Assembly (NCBI GenBank): GCA_963746845.1
Contig: CAVVCZ010000002.1
Coordinates: forward strand, 192,001 to 256,000
Direction of reading: 5' to 3'
DNA: 64,000 nt
Source of the DNA: an uncultured Chloroflexia bacterium
GTDB taxonomy: Bacteria > Chloroflexota > Limnocylindria > Limnocylindrales > CSP1-4
Shown here: positions 17,323 to 27,700 of the stretch, piece by piece
How the letters are laid out: each line of letters starts with the position of its first letter
Position numbering within the stretch: position 1 is the first letter of the stretch
Translations under genes and position numbers: made by a program
Notes under the pieces: model-generated
Told to the model about the DNA's origin: nothing
Seen by the model: only the letters and a program-made list of their open reading frames with translations
Databases searched by the model: none

Positions 17323-18300
17323 ATGACCACGATGTTCGCCACCCGCACCGCTCGTCGCCGGGCGGTCGCGTTCGCCATCCTCCTCGCGACGAGCCTGATC
17401 CTCATGGCGATCTCGTCGAGCCCCGTGATCACCGAGTTCCAGAACGCGATGGGCTTCGCGCTCCGGCCGGTCCAGGGAGCGATCCACACCGTCGCCGACT
17501 CCGTCGCCGGGGCGTTCGCCGCGGTCGGCGAGATCGACCGACTCCACACCGACAACGCCGCACTCCGTCGGGAGAACGAGCGGCTCACGGCCGACAACAC
17601 CCGGGCGCAGTCCCTCGAGCAGGAGAACGAGCAGCTGACCACGCTGCTCCAGCTCAAGAACTCGTTCTCGTACGAGACCGCCGCCGCCGAGGTCATCGCC
17701 CGTGAGTCGAGCGAGGTCCGGCGGACGGTGACGATCTCGAAAGGCTCCGACGCGGCGATCGAGAAAGGCGATGTCGTGATCGCGGCCGGTGGCGCCCTCC
17801 TGGGGCGAGTCAGCGACGTCGGGCCGAACTTCGCGATCGTGACCCTGATCAGCGACCGGTCATCGACCGTGATCGGCCAGACGGAGACGAACGCGGCGAC
17901 GGGAGACGTGACCGGCCAGCTCGGCGGGGCCCTGATCATGCAGAACATCGACTCGACCGAGGTGGTCCAGCCCGGCGAGCAGGTGCTGACGGCCGGGATC
18001 GAGCTGCCGGGCGGGATCCGATCGCCCTACCCGAAGGGGCTCCTGATCGGCGAGATCACCGACGTCCGCAAGGAGCCGAGCTCGGTCGTCCAGACGGCCT
18101 ATCTCCAGCCGACCGCGAACCTCGACAAGGTGGCCTACGTCCTCGTGGTCCTCGACTACGTCGGGGGCCTGCCCGGTGCGGATGACACGCCGATCAACTG
18201 CGATCTGACCGGTCAGGGCGGGGCCCTGCCGATCGGCGAGCAGCCATGCATCCAGCCGGGCGGATCGCCTCGGCCGACGGCGACGCCTCTGCTACCTTGA
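17323..18300 (+). CDS. mreC: Rod shape-determining protein MreC
   Basis: N-terminal TM, coiled coil (LRRENERL, ENEQL), YPKGLLIG; follows mreB. Confidence 0.9.
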   Translation: MTTMFATRTARRRAVAFAILLATSLILMAISSSPVITEFQNAMGFALRPVQGAIHTVADSVAGAFAAVGEIDRLHTDNAALRRENERLTADNTRAQSLEQENEQLTTLLQLKNSFSYETAAAEVIARESSEVRRTVTISKGSDAAIEKGDVVIAAGGALLGRVSDVGPNFAIVTLISDRSSTVIGQTETNAATGDVTGQLGGALIMQNIDSTEVVQPGEQVLTAGIELPGGIRSPYPKGLLIGEITDVRKEPSSVVQTAYLQPTANLDKVAYVLVVLDYVGGLPGADDTPINCDLTGQGGALPIGEQPCIQPGGSPRPTATPLLP

Positions 18301-18321
18301 GGGCGTGATGGGCATCGCGGC

Positions 18322-19083
18322 GTGAAGGGCATCGTCCTCGCCGGCGGGACCGCGACGCGGCTCTTCCCGCTGACGATCGTCACGAACAAGCACCTGCTGC
18401 CGATCTACGACCGGCCGATGATCTACTACCCGATCGAGACCCTCGCCGGCATGGGCATCCGCGAGGTCATGGTCATCGTCGGCGGGAAGAGCGTCGGCGA
18501 CGTCGTGGAGCTGCTGGCCGACGGATCGCACTTCGGGCTCGATCTCACCTACCGATACCAGCGCGGTGCCCTCGGGATCGCTCACGCGATCGGGCTGGCC
18601 CGCGACTTCGTCGGCGATGACGCGTTCTGCTGCGTCCTCGGCGACAACATCCTCCGGGGCCCCGCGCTCGCCTCGATCGCCGCGGAGTTCGAGGCGGGTC
18701 CGTGGGGAGCGGGGACGCTCCTCTACCGTGTCCCCGACCCCGAGCGGTTCGGCGTCGCCGAGATGGACGCGGCCGGCAACGTCGTCGGGTTCGAGGAGAA
18801 GCCGGCCCGCCCGAAGAGCGACCTCATCCCGATCGGCGTCTACTTCCTCCGGCCCGACGCGTTCGGGGTCATCGACACGCTGGCCCCGTCCGGCCGGGGC
18901 GAGTTCGAGATCACCGACGTCCTGAACCACTACGTTCCGGACGGCCGCCTGTTCAGCCGGATCTACGACGGCCACTGGACCGATGCGGGGACCGTCCCAT
19001 CGCTGATCCGGGCGGCCGAGCTCGCGCGCGACGACGACGACGCCGGCCGGCTCGCCCGGCCCGTCGAGCGGCCGGTCGGGTAG
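18322..19083 (+). CDS. rfbA: Glucose-1-phosphate thymidylyltransferase
   Basis: MKGIVLAGGTATRLFPLT, NKHLLPIYD and SGRGEFEITD. Confidence 0.92.
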   Translation: MKGIVLAGGTATRLFPLTIVTNKHLLPIYDRPMIYYPIETLAGMGIREVMVIVGGKSVGDVVELLADGSHFGLDLTYRYQRGALGIAHAIGLARDFVGDDAFCCVLGDNILRGPALASIAAEFEAGPWGAGTLLYRVPDPERFGVAEMDAAGNVVGFEEKPARPKSDLIPIGVYFLRPDAFGVIDTLAPSGRGEFEITDVLNHYVPDGRLFSRIYDGHWTDAGTVPSLIRAAELARDDDDAGRLARPVERPVG

Positions 19084-19085
19084 TC

Positions 19086-20165
19086 GTGGGGGAGGTCCGG
19101 CCGGACGCGCGCCTGCTCGTCACGGGCGGCGCGGGGTTCATCGGCAGCGCCTACGTCCGCGACGTCCTCGGTCGGCGGGACGGCGCCCGGATCACCGTCC
19201 TCGACAAGCTGACCTACGCCGGCAACCGGGCGAACCTGGCCGCCGTCGAGGCCGATCCGGCGCTCGCCGCGCGCTTCCGGTTCGTCCGCGGCGACATCGC
19301 CGATCCGGAGGTGGTCGGGCCGCTTGTCGCCGAGAGCGACGCCGTCGTGAACTTCGCCGCCGAGTCACACGTCGACCGGAGCATCCTCGATCCGGAGGCG
19401 TTCCTCCGGACGGGCGTCGTCGGCGTCCACGTCCTGCTCGAGGCGGTGCGGGCTGAATCCGAGGCGCGCGTCGCGGGCGGGCGCCCGCCGCTGCGCTTCC
19501 TCCAGGTCTCCACGGACGAGGTGTACGGGGCGGTCCTCGAGGGTCGCTCACGCGAGGGCGACCCGCTCGCGCCGCGCTCGCCCTACTCGGCCGCCAAGGC
19601 ATCGGGCGAGCTTCTCGTCCACAGCTACGTCGTGACCCACGGGATCGACGCCGTCGTCACCCGCGGTTCGAACACGTACGGCCCGTTCCATCACCCGGAG
19701 AAGCTGATCCCGCTGTTCGTCACGAACGCGATCGACGACCTGCCCCTCCCGCTCTACGGCGACGGGCTCCAGGAGCGCGACTGGCTGTACGTCTCGGACC
19801 ATGCCGGCGCGATCGACCACGTCCTCCGGCACGGGGCGAGCGGCGAGACGTACAACGTGCCGGGCTCCGCGGAGATGACCAACCGGGCGGTCGTCGCGGC
19901 GCTCCTCGAGCGGCTCGGGAAACCGTGGTCGCTCGTCCGAAGCGTGCCGGACCGGCCGGGTCACGATCGCCGCTACGCGCTCGACGGCTCGAAGATCGCG
20001 GCGCTCGGCTGGACGAACCAGATGTCGTTCGCCGACGGGCTGGCGGCGACCGTCGAGTGGTTCCGGGCGAACGAGGCGTGGTGGCGCGCCGCGAAGAGCG
20101 GCGACTGGGACGACTACTACCAGCGGCAGTACGGCGAGCGTCTGGCCGCCTCGACCGAGGCCTGA
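19086..20165 (+). CDS. rfbB: dTDP-glucose 4,6-dehydratase
   Basis: VTGGAGFIGS, DKLTYAGN, FAAESHVDRS, STDEVYG and DRPGHDRRY; start approximate. Confidence 0.95.
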   Translation: MGEVRPDARLLVTGGAGFIGSAYVRDVLGRRDGARITVLDKLTYAGNRANLAAVEADPALAARFRFVRGDIADPEVVGPLVAESDAVVNFAAESHVDRSILDPEAFLRTGVVGVHVLLEAVRAESEARVAGGRPPLRFLQVSTDEVYGAVLEGRSREGDPLAPRSPYSAAKASGELLVHSYVVTHGIDAVVTRGSNTYGPFHHPEKLIPLFVTNAIDDLPLPLYGDGLQERDWLYVSDHAGAIDHVLRHGASGETYNVPGSAEMTNRAVVAALLERLGKPWSLVRSVPDRPGHDRRYALDGSKIAALGWTNQMSFADGLAATVEWFRANEAWWRAAKSGDWDDYYQRQYGERLAASTEA

Positions 20166-20168
20166 GCG

Positions 20169-21089
20169 GTGCGCGTCGCCGTCACCGGTGCCGGCGGCCG
20201 GCTCGGGCGGGCGCTCGTGACCGCGCTCGAGGAGGCGCCGTTCACGGGTCCGTTCGGCCCGCTCTCGTGGACGCGGCCGATCTTCGACCTCGATGCGCCG
20301 GACGGGTTCGCGGCGCTGCTCGAGCGCGACCGGCCGGAGGTCGTCGTCCACGCCGCCGCCTGGACCGACGTCGACGGCTGCGCGCGGGACCCGGAGCTGG
20401 CGATGGCGCGGAACGGGGCCGCGACCGCGGCGCTGGCCCGGGCGACCGCCGAGCGGGGGATCGATCTCGTCGTCGTCTCGACGAACGAGGTGTTCGACGG
20501 CCGGCGGACCGACGGGCTCGGGTACGGCCCGGACGATCCGACCGGCCCGATCAACCCGTACGGCGCGTCCAAGCTCGCCGGTGAGGACGGTGCCCGGGCC
20601 GCGTACGCCGCCGCCGGAGACGGCCCGGCGCTCGGGGTCGTCCGGACCGCGTGGCTGTTCGGGCCGCCTGGCAACGACTTCCCGGCCAAGATCCTTGCGG
20701 CCGCGGATCGCGCGGTTGCGGCCGGCGAGCCGCTGCGCCTCGTCGCGGACGAGATCGGCTCGCCGACGGCCGCCCACGACCTGGCCGAGGCGATCGCGGA
20801 GCTGATCGGCGGCGCGGCGATCGCCGGGACCCATCACGTCGTCAACATGGGCGTCGCGAGCCGCGCCAAGTGGGCCCGCGAGGTACTCCGCCAGGCCCGC
20901 CTCGACGTGCCGACCGCGGACGTCCCGGCGTCCACGTGGCCGCGGGCCTCGACTCCTCCCGCGTGGGCGGTCCTCGCCGCGACGCCGCTGCCCGGCGGCG
21001 AGCCGCTCCGCGCCTGGCCGCTTGCCCTCGCGGACCGGATGCCCGGCCTGTTGCGCGACCGGTCGCGACCGACGCCGGCGAGCCGCTGA
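20169..21089 (+). CDS. rfbD: dTDP-4-dehydrorhamnose reductase
   Basis: TGAGGRLG, AAAWTDVDGC, YGASKLAGE and GSPT. Confidence 0.9.
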   Translation: MRVAVTGAGGRLGRALVTALEEAPFTGPFGPLSWTRPIFDLDAPDGFAALLERDRPEVVVHAAAWTDVDGCARDPELAMARNGAATAALARATAERGIDLVVVSTNEVFDGRRTDGLGYGPDDPTGPINPYGASKLAGEDGARAAYAAAGDGPALGVVRTAWLFGPPGNDFPAKILAAADRAVAAGEPLRLVADEIGSPTAAHDLAEAIAELIGGAAIAGTHHVVNMGVASRAKWAREVLRQARLDVPTADVPASTWPRASTPPAWAVLAATPLPGGEPLRAWPLALADRMPGLLRDRSRPTPASR

Positions 21090-21094
21090 CCCCG

Positions 21095-21688
21095 ATGGCC
21101 GACCTCAGCCGCGCGCCATCGAGCCTGGCCGGCGTCCGGTACGGCGCGATCGCCCGTCACGGCGACGGCCGGGGTGCGTTCCGCGAGTTCTGGCGCGTCT
21201 CGGCGTTCCCGACCCTGGAACCGGCCGAGACCGGCGCCCCGCCCGGCGTGCAGCCGCGCTTCGTCCAGGCCAATCTCTCGACCTCGGCGGCCGGGGTCCT
21301 GCGCGGGCTCCACTACCACCGTCGCCAGCTCGACTACTGGGTCGTGGCCGCCGGCCGCGCGTTCGTCGCCCTCGTCGACGTCCGGCCGCTCACGACGGGG
21401 GCGGGGGATCGGCCGCTGGTCGAGACCCGCGAGCTGGCCGCCGACGAATGGGTGGTGATCCCGACCGGTGTCGCCCACGGCTTCCTCGCCCTCGAGGACC
21501 TCGAGCTCCTCTACCTCGTGACGAACGAGTACGACGGGAGCGACGAGCTCGGGTTCGCGTGGGACGACCCCACGGCCGCCGTATCGTGGCCCGCCGTGCC
21601 GGCGAGCCCCGACGGCCGCCCGATCCTGTCGGATCGCGACCGGTCGAACCCGTCGTTGCTGGAGCTGGTGGCCCGCGTCCGGGGCTGA
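21095..21688 (+). CDS. rfbC: dTDP-4-dehydrorhamnose 3,5-epimerase
   Basis: DGRGAFRE, GVLRGLHYH, GVAHGF and ILSDRD. Confidence 0.9.
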   Translation: MADLSRAPSSLAGVRYGAIARHGDGRGAFREFWRVSAFPTLEPAETGAPPGVQPRFVQANLSTSAAGVLRGLHYHRRQLDYWVVAAGRAFVALVDVRPLTTGAGDRPLVETRELAADEWVVIPTGVAHGFLALEDLELLYLVTNEYDGSDELGFAWDDPTAAVSWPAVPASPDGRPILSDRDRSNPSLLELVARVRG

Positions 21689-21730
21689 CGGGCGCGACGC
21701 GGTCAGGCGCTGGCCCGCGAGGCTCGAACC

Positions 21731-21932
21731 TGCCAGATCGTCGCCCGACGACGACTACGCGCCAGAACCCGCGACATCGGTGCCAGATCGTCGCCCGGTG
21801 ACGACGAGGCCGACTCGCGTACCGCGTGGGGGCACTGGCCACCCACGACGAGCGCGCCGGGTGGCGCGCCAACCCTCGGAAATCGGGCGTCGAACGGACC
21901 CAATCGACATGGGGCGACGATCTGTCATCGAT
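21731..21932. repeat. Intergenic 17-bp repeat: two direct copies plus one inverted copy
   Basis: TGCCAGATCGTCGCCCG at 21731 and 21781; inverted GGGGCGACGATCTGTCA at 21911-21927. Confidence 0.8.
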
Positions 21933-22296
21933 CCGGGCCGCTGATGCCCATCGTCGACACCCGATGACGAGATGGCAGGATCGGGTCGGTAGATCCGACC
22001 TCGGGCGGGCCGCCGCCGCCGGTCGCCGGATCGAGCGTGCGCCGCCGGCGAGTTGTCCACAGCCGCATCGACGTACCGTGGATCGCACGCACCATCCCGG
22101 CTGAGCCCCCAGGCCCACCGGACCCCACCGTTCCGCCCGCGTCCCGACTCGCGAGCGGTCGATCGGGCCATCGCGCCCCGGACCATCCCGCGATTGGCCC
22201 GCGCGGCCTCCGCGAGCACGCTGCGTGGGCACTCATTCGGGCGCGCGGGCGCTCCTTGTCCGCGAGCCGTGCTCTCGAGCTCGACCGGAGCCGAAT

Positions 22297-24600
22297 TTGC
22301 GTCGTTTCGCCGCCGTTGCCGTCCTGGTCGCCATCAGCGCGTTCATCGTGTCCGCGCCGGCGTCGGCGGCCGTGCCGATCAGCAGCGCCAAGGTCGTGAT
22401 CATCGTGGGTGCGACCGAGGGCTCGACGAGCGCCTACCGCTCGTATGCCGATCAGGCCTACGCCGAGGCGATCAAGTACACGTCGAAGGTCACGAAGGTC
22501 TACAGCCCGAACGCGACCTGGTCGAAGGTCAAGGCCGCAGTCGCCGGAGCGAACATCGTCCTGTACTACGGCCACGGCAACGGCTGGCCGAGCCCGTACA
22601 CGTACGACCCCAAGTACACAACGAAGGACGGGATGGGTCTGAACGACCCGGCGAACCTGTCCGACAGCGTCCACAAGTACTACGGCGAGCCGTCGATGGC
22701 CACCCTCGGACTGGCCCCGAACGCGATCGTCCTCCTGGGCAACCTCTGCTACGCCTCGGGCAACTCGGAGCCCGGCCAGACGGCACCCACCGTGACGGTC
22801 GCCCGCCAGCGGATCGACAACTACGCCGCCGGCTTCATCAAGGGCGGCGCCCGCGCGGTCATCGCGGACGGGCACGGCGGGCTCGTCAGCTACATCCGCG
22901 GCCTGTTCACGACCGGCCAGACGATCGTCGACCTGTGGCGGTCGGTGCCCGACTTCCACAACCACGTCGCGACCTTCGCCTCGACCCGCTCGCCGGGCTA
23001 CACGGCGTACTCCGACACGGACACCGCGACGGCCGGCTACTACCGCTCCCTCGTCACCAAGCCGACGATGACCACGACGGCCGTGACCAACGCGGTCGGC
23101 GACACGGGGCTCGACCCGACGAGCCTCGTCATTCCCGGCCGCGCCGAGGTCGACGCACCCGACACGCCGCTCCTTCCCGCGGCGTCGGCGGCCGGGCTGG
23201 CGGCCGTGGCCGACGAGCCGACCCTCGACCTGCCCGAAGGCACGCGTCTGAAGATCATCGCCATCGGGCTGCCGGCAACCGCCGATACGCCGGCCCTGCT
23301 CCAGGTCGAGGGTCTCGACGACCCGACGATCACCGGGTTCGTGCCCGCGGACCACCTCGCCCCGAAGGACAGCCGGGCGCCCGTCCTCATCGGGATCGAC
23401 AGCGGGCTCGCTCGCTTCTCGCCCAACGGCGACGGCGTGGCCGACACCCAGGCGATCGGCGCCCTGTTCTCGGAGACGGTGAGCTGGACGTTCGACGTCC
23501 GCGACCACGACGGGACGGTGCTCGCCACCAGGACCGGCAATGGCAAGGAGGTGTCCGCGAGCTGGGACGGGCTCGTCGGCGGGTCCCCGGTGCCGGACGG
23601 CACGTACACGTGGAACCTCCGCGGGACGGACGCCTGGCAGAACGGCGTCGCGACCGGGACCGGCACGCTCGTCGTCGATACCAGCCCGCCGTCGATCGCG
23701 ACGATCGCACCCGACACCGGCGTGACGACGGCGTTCAGCCCGAACGGCGACGGCGTCGCGGACACCGTCTCGACGACGGCCACTCCGACCGAGTCGGGCT
23801 CGATCGCGGTCCGCGTCGCCGATGGCGGGAACGTCACGGTCCGCACGTTCAGCGTGCCGTCCACGACCGGTCCGACGGCCCTGACCTGGGACGGGAAGAA
23901 CAACAGCGGCGCGGTCGTCCCGGACGGCGACTACACGATCACGATGGCCGCTCGTGACGCCGTCGGCAACGGCGGACCCGGTCGGACCCGGACCGTGCGC
24001 GTCATCACGGTGCTCGGCTTCGTCGCCAGCTCGGCAACGCTGATCTACCCGAACGACCTCGACCGCTTCGCGCCGACGTCGGTGCTGTCGTTCAAGCTGG
24101 GCCGCCCCGCGACCGTGTCGTGGACGATCCGGAACGCCGCCGGGGCGATCGTCGTGACCCATCTCGACAACGTCGCGCTCCCGGCGGGGGCGCAGGCGTG
24201 GACGTTCAACGGCCGGCGGGCCGACGGGACGATGTTGCCGGTCGGGGCCTACACCTCGACCGTCGTCGCGACGGACGGATCGTTCATGGCGGCCCAGTCC
24301 TCGAAGGTGGAGCTCAACGCGTTCGCGATCGTCACCTCGACCGGCGGGCCGAAGCGGGGCTCGAAGCTGACGATCACCGCCACCTCGGCCGAGCCGCTGA
24401 AGGGCAATCCGAGCCTGTACGTCACCCAGCCGGGCCTGTCGACCTACGTCCTGGCGATGAGCCGGGTCGACAGCCGGACCTTCCGGCTCACCTTCACGCT
24501 GAAGTCCTCCGGATCCGCGGGGACACTGAAGGTGAAGGTCTGGGCGAAGGACTACGACGGGCGGACGCAGGCGACGACGAGGTCGCTCACCCTGCACTGA
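22297..24600 (+). CDS. Secreted protein: putative clan-CD cysteine-peptidase-like N-domain plus FlgD-type Ig repeats
   Basis: GGAG + TTG start, signal peptide ending ASA-A; LYYGHG...LLGNLCYASG; FSPNGDG and WDG..VPDG.Y repeats. Confidence 0.8.
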   Translation: MRRFAAVAVLVAISAFIVSAPASAAVPISSAKVVIIVGATEGSTSAYRSYADQAYAEAIKYTSKVTKVYSPNATWSKVKAAVAGANIVLYYGHGNGWPSPYTYDPKYTTKDGMGLNDPANLSDSVHKYYGEPSMATLGLAPNAIVLLGNLCYASGNSEPGQTAPTVTVARQRIDNYAAGFIKGGARAVIADGHGGLVSYIRGLFTTGQTIVDLWRSVPDFHNHVATFASTRSPGYTAYSDTDTATAGYYRSLVTKPTMTTTAVTNAVGDTGLDPTSLVIPGRAEVDAPDTPLLPAASAAGLAAVADEPTLDLPEGTRLKIIAIGLPATADTPALLQVEGLDDPTITGFVPADHLAPKDSRAPVLIGIDSGLARFSPNGDGVADTQAIGALFSETVSWTFDVRDHDGTVLATRTGNGKEVSASWDGLVGGSPVPDGTYTWNLRGTDAWQNGVATGTGTLVVDTSPPSIATIAPDTGVTTAFSPNGDGVADTVSTTATPTESGSIAVRVADGGNVTVRTFSVPSTTGPTALTWDGKNNSGAVVPDGDYTITMAARDAVGNGGPGRTRTVRVITVLGFVASSATLIYPNDLDRFAPTSVLSFKLGRPATVSWTIRNAAGAIVVTHLDNVALPAGAQAWTFNGRRADGTMLPVGAYTSTVVATDGSFMAAQSSKVELNAFAIVTSTGGPKRGSKLTITATSAEPLKGNPSLYVTQPGLSTYVLAMSRVDSRTFRLTFTLKSSGSAGTLKVKVWAKDYDGRTQATTRSLTLH

Positions 24601-24787
24601 CCCTGCGGCGACGGTCCCGGACCGCACCCGACCCCACCGTACCCCAGCGAACAGGACCATCGGAGGACTGTCCGGTCCGGCCGCGCGCGCCCACGATCCG
24701 TGGGTCGGCTACGGCGGGTCGAGACGTGGCGGTCGACGCCGAGATTCCGTCGCCGCGGCGACGGGGAGGATCGCCGGAGGATCGCCG

Positions 24788-27700
24788 TTGTCGTCCCGAA
24801 ACCGCCGCTTCCCGGTTCGGCGCGGCCGTCCCGCATCGGTCACGCTGCTCGTCCTCGCCCTGCTGGCGTCCGGTGCCTCGCCCGGCACGACCCACGCGGC
24901 CGCCCCCGATCCGGTGCCGGTCCGCCTGGCCATCCCGTCGACCGATGTCGCAGACCGCGGTGAGGACGGCGAGCCGGCGCCCGCGACCGCCGCATCCGAC
25001 GCGATCGCCGATGTCGGCGGCCTCCAGCCCTCGATCCAGTACGTCGAGGCGCTGGCCCACGAGCACGATCGGATCGCCTTCACCCCCGGAGCCCGGGTCG
25101 CCGTGCCCTTCACGCCGCGCGCCGGCGACCGCTGGTCCGTGGGCGGCGCCGTACCGACAGGGCTGCCGAGCGGCCGGCTGGACGGCCGGGCGATGCGCAC
25201 GGAGCCACCGGGGCACAGCGACGGTCCCACCCGGCCTCTCCCGGATCGATCGATCGACCTCCCGAACGAGATGGGCCGCGGGATCCGCAGCATCAGCGCC
25301 TCGTACGTTCCGGAGGCCGCGACCGGAACCGTCACGACCCAGGCCACGGTCACGAGGACCGGCCTGCGCCGCGAGATCTTCGGCTTCCTGCCGTACTGGG
25401 AGCTGAACGCGACCTCGCTCCGGCTGGACTACAAGCGGATCTCCACGATCGCCTACTTCGGGATCGGCGCGGACGCCGCCGGCAACCTCCAGCGGCGGAA
25501 CCCCGACGGCTCCACCTCGGTCGGCTGGAGCGGCTGGACCAGCTCGAAGCTGACCGGCATCATCTCGGCCGCTCACAAGGCCCACACGCGGGTCGTGCTG
25601 ACGGTCCAGAGCTTCGGCTGGAACAGCTCCGGCCTCGCCCGCCAGCGCAGCCTCCTGGGCAGCCCCACGGCCCGTGCCAACCTCGCCCGCCAGATCGCGG
25701 CGGCCGTGCGGGATCGTGGGGCGGACGGCGTCAACCTCGACTTCGAGCCGCTCGCAAGGGGCTACGACACGGAGTTCACGGCGCTCGTCCGCGGGATCCG
25801 CTCCCAGCTGAACCGGATCCACCCGGGCTACCAGATCACGTTCGACACGACCGGCTCGATCGGCAACTACCCGATCGAGGCGGCGACCGCGGCGGGTGGC
25901 GCGGACGCGATCTTCATCATGGGCTATGACTACCGGACGTCCGGCTCGAGCCCGGTCGGGTCGATCGCCCCGCTGAACCGGGACGGCTACGACATCCGCG
26001 ACACGATCGCCGCCTACACGGCGCGCGTGCCGGCGTCGAAGCTGATCCTCGGCGTCCCGTACTACGGCCGTGCCTGGTCGACGCCGAGCAACGTCCCGAA
26101 CGCGAGCAACACGAGCTCCGCGAAGACCGGCCCGTCGACGACCGTGACCTACGACACCGCCGCCGACTACCTCGCCCAGTACGGGCGGAAGTTCGACGCG
26201 ACCGAGGGAGTCGCCTGGACGGCGTACCGCCGCCAGAACTGCACCGCGACGTACGGGTGCGTCACGTCATGGCGGCAGCTGTACGTCGACGACGCCGCGG
26301 CGATCGGGCGGAAGTACGACCTCGTCAACGCCTACAACCTCCGCGGAGCGGGCATCTGGGCGCTCGGCTACGACGGGACGCGGCCCCAGCTGTGGAACGC
26401 GATCCAGGCGAAGTTCATCACCGACTCGACGCCGCCCACGGTCGGGATCCGGACGCTCCCCGTGCGGAGCGTCAACCCGGGCATCCCCGTGGCGTGGACC
26501 GGGACGGACGACGTCGCCATTGCCAGCTACGACACGCAGGTCTCGACCGACGGCGGGGCGTGGGCGACATGGCTGACCGCGACCAAGGCCGGGTCGGCGG
26601 TCTGGCCGGGCGTCGACGGGCACGTCTACGCGTTCCGGGTCCGGGCACGCGACCTGTCGGGCAATCGCAGCGCCTGGAACGTCGTCTCGACGGCCGGTCA
26701 GGCCGGCCCGGCCCTGGCCGTCGGTGGGTTCGGGGTCGTCAGGCTGGACCGAGTCGGGGTCCGCTCGGCGCCGGACGCATCCGCCGCCCGGATCGCCCGG
26801 GTCTCGTCCGGCGCCCTGCTCGCGATCGTCGGCGGCCCGAAGACCGCCGATGGCTTCACCTGGTACCAGGTCGTCGGCCCGCTCACGGAGTGGACCGCGC
26901 TCCGTCCCGTGATCCGGGGCGGCTGGATCGCCGCCCGATCCGGCGGACAGGTCGTCGTCGCGCCCGCGAAGGCGCCGAACGCCACCCGGATCGATGCCTA
27001 TCTCGGTCACCTCACGTTCAACGGGACCGGTGGCGCGAGCGTCGGCTCGAGCGCATCGGCCGTGGGCCAGCGTGCGTTCTCGCCCAACGGCGACCGCTCG
27101 AGGGACGCGATCCGGATCGACTGGACGAACGCCGTCTCGCTGGACCGGCTCGTGCTCCGGGTGTTCCGGGCGAACGGCTCGCTCGTCGGCGAGGTGCCGG
27201 TCGCCCAGCGCTCGAAGGGCGCGCAGACCACGACCTGGAACGGAAGCGTCGGCGGGCATCGCCTGATTGACGGCCGCTACCTCGTGAGCCTGATCGGCCG
27301 GAAGGGCGCCACCACGTACTACAACCCCGCCTCGACGTTCCGCCCCGCGAGCCTCGGCGCCTACGGCGTGACGATCGATCGGGTCGCGCCGACCGTCAAG
27401 GCGGCCTCCGCGACCGGGTCGCTGATCTCGCCGAACGGGGACAAGGTCCTCGACTCCGTCAAGGTGTCCCTGTCCGCCGGCGGGGCCACCGTCTGGGCCT
27501 TCGGCGTCGCGCCGGTCCTCGGGACGCGGACGGGCAGGCCGATCCTCATCCGGTCCGGCAGCGGGAGTGCCGCGAGCGTGACCTGGAGCGGCCAGACCAG
27601 TGCCGGGACGATCGCGCCCGATGGGACGTACCGACTGCAGCTGCTGGTCGGCGACCCGGCCGGGAACCGCGTGAGCCGGTCGTGGACGGTGCGCCTCGAC

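Noticed and set aside
22053-22061. TTGTCCACA DnaA-box-like 9-mer suggesting oriC
   Set aside because: Single copy, no AT-rich unwinding element, no dnaA/dnaN nearby
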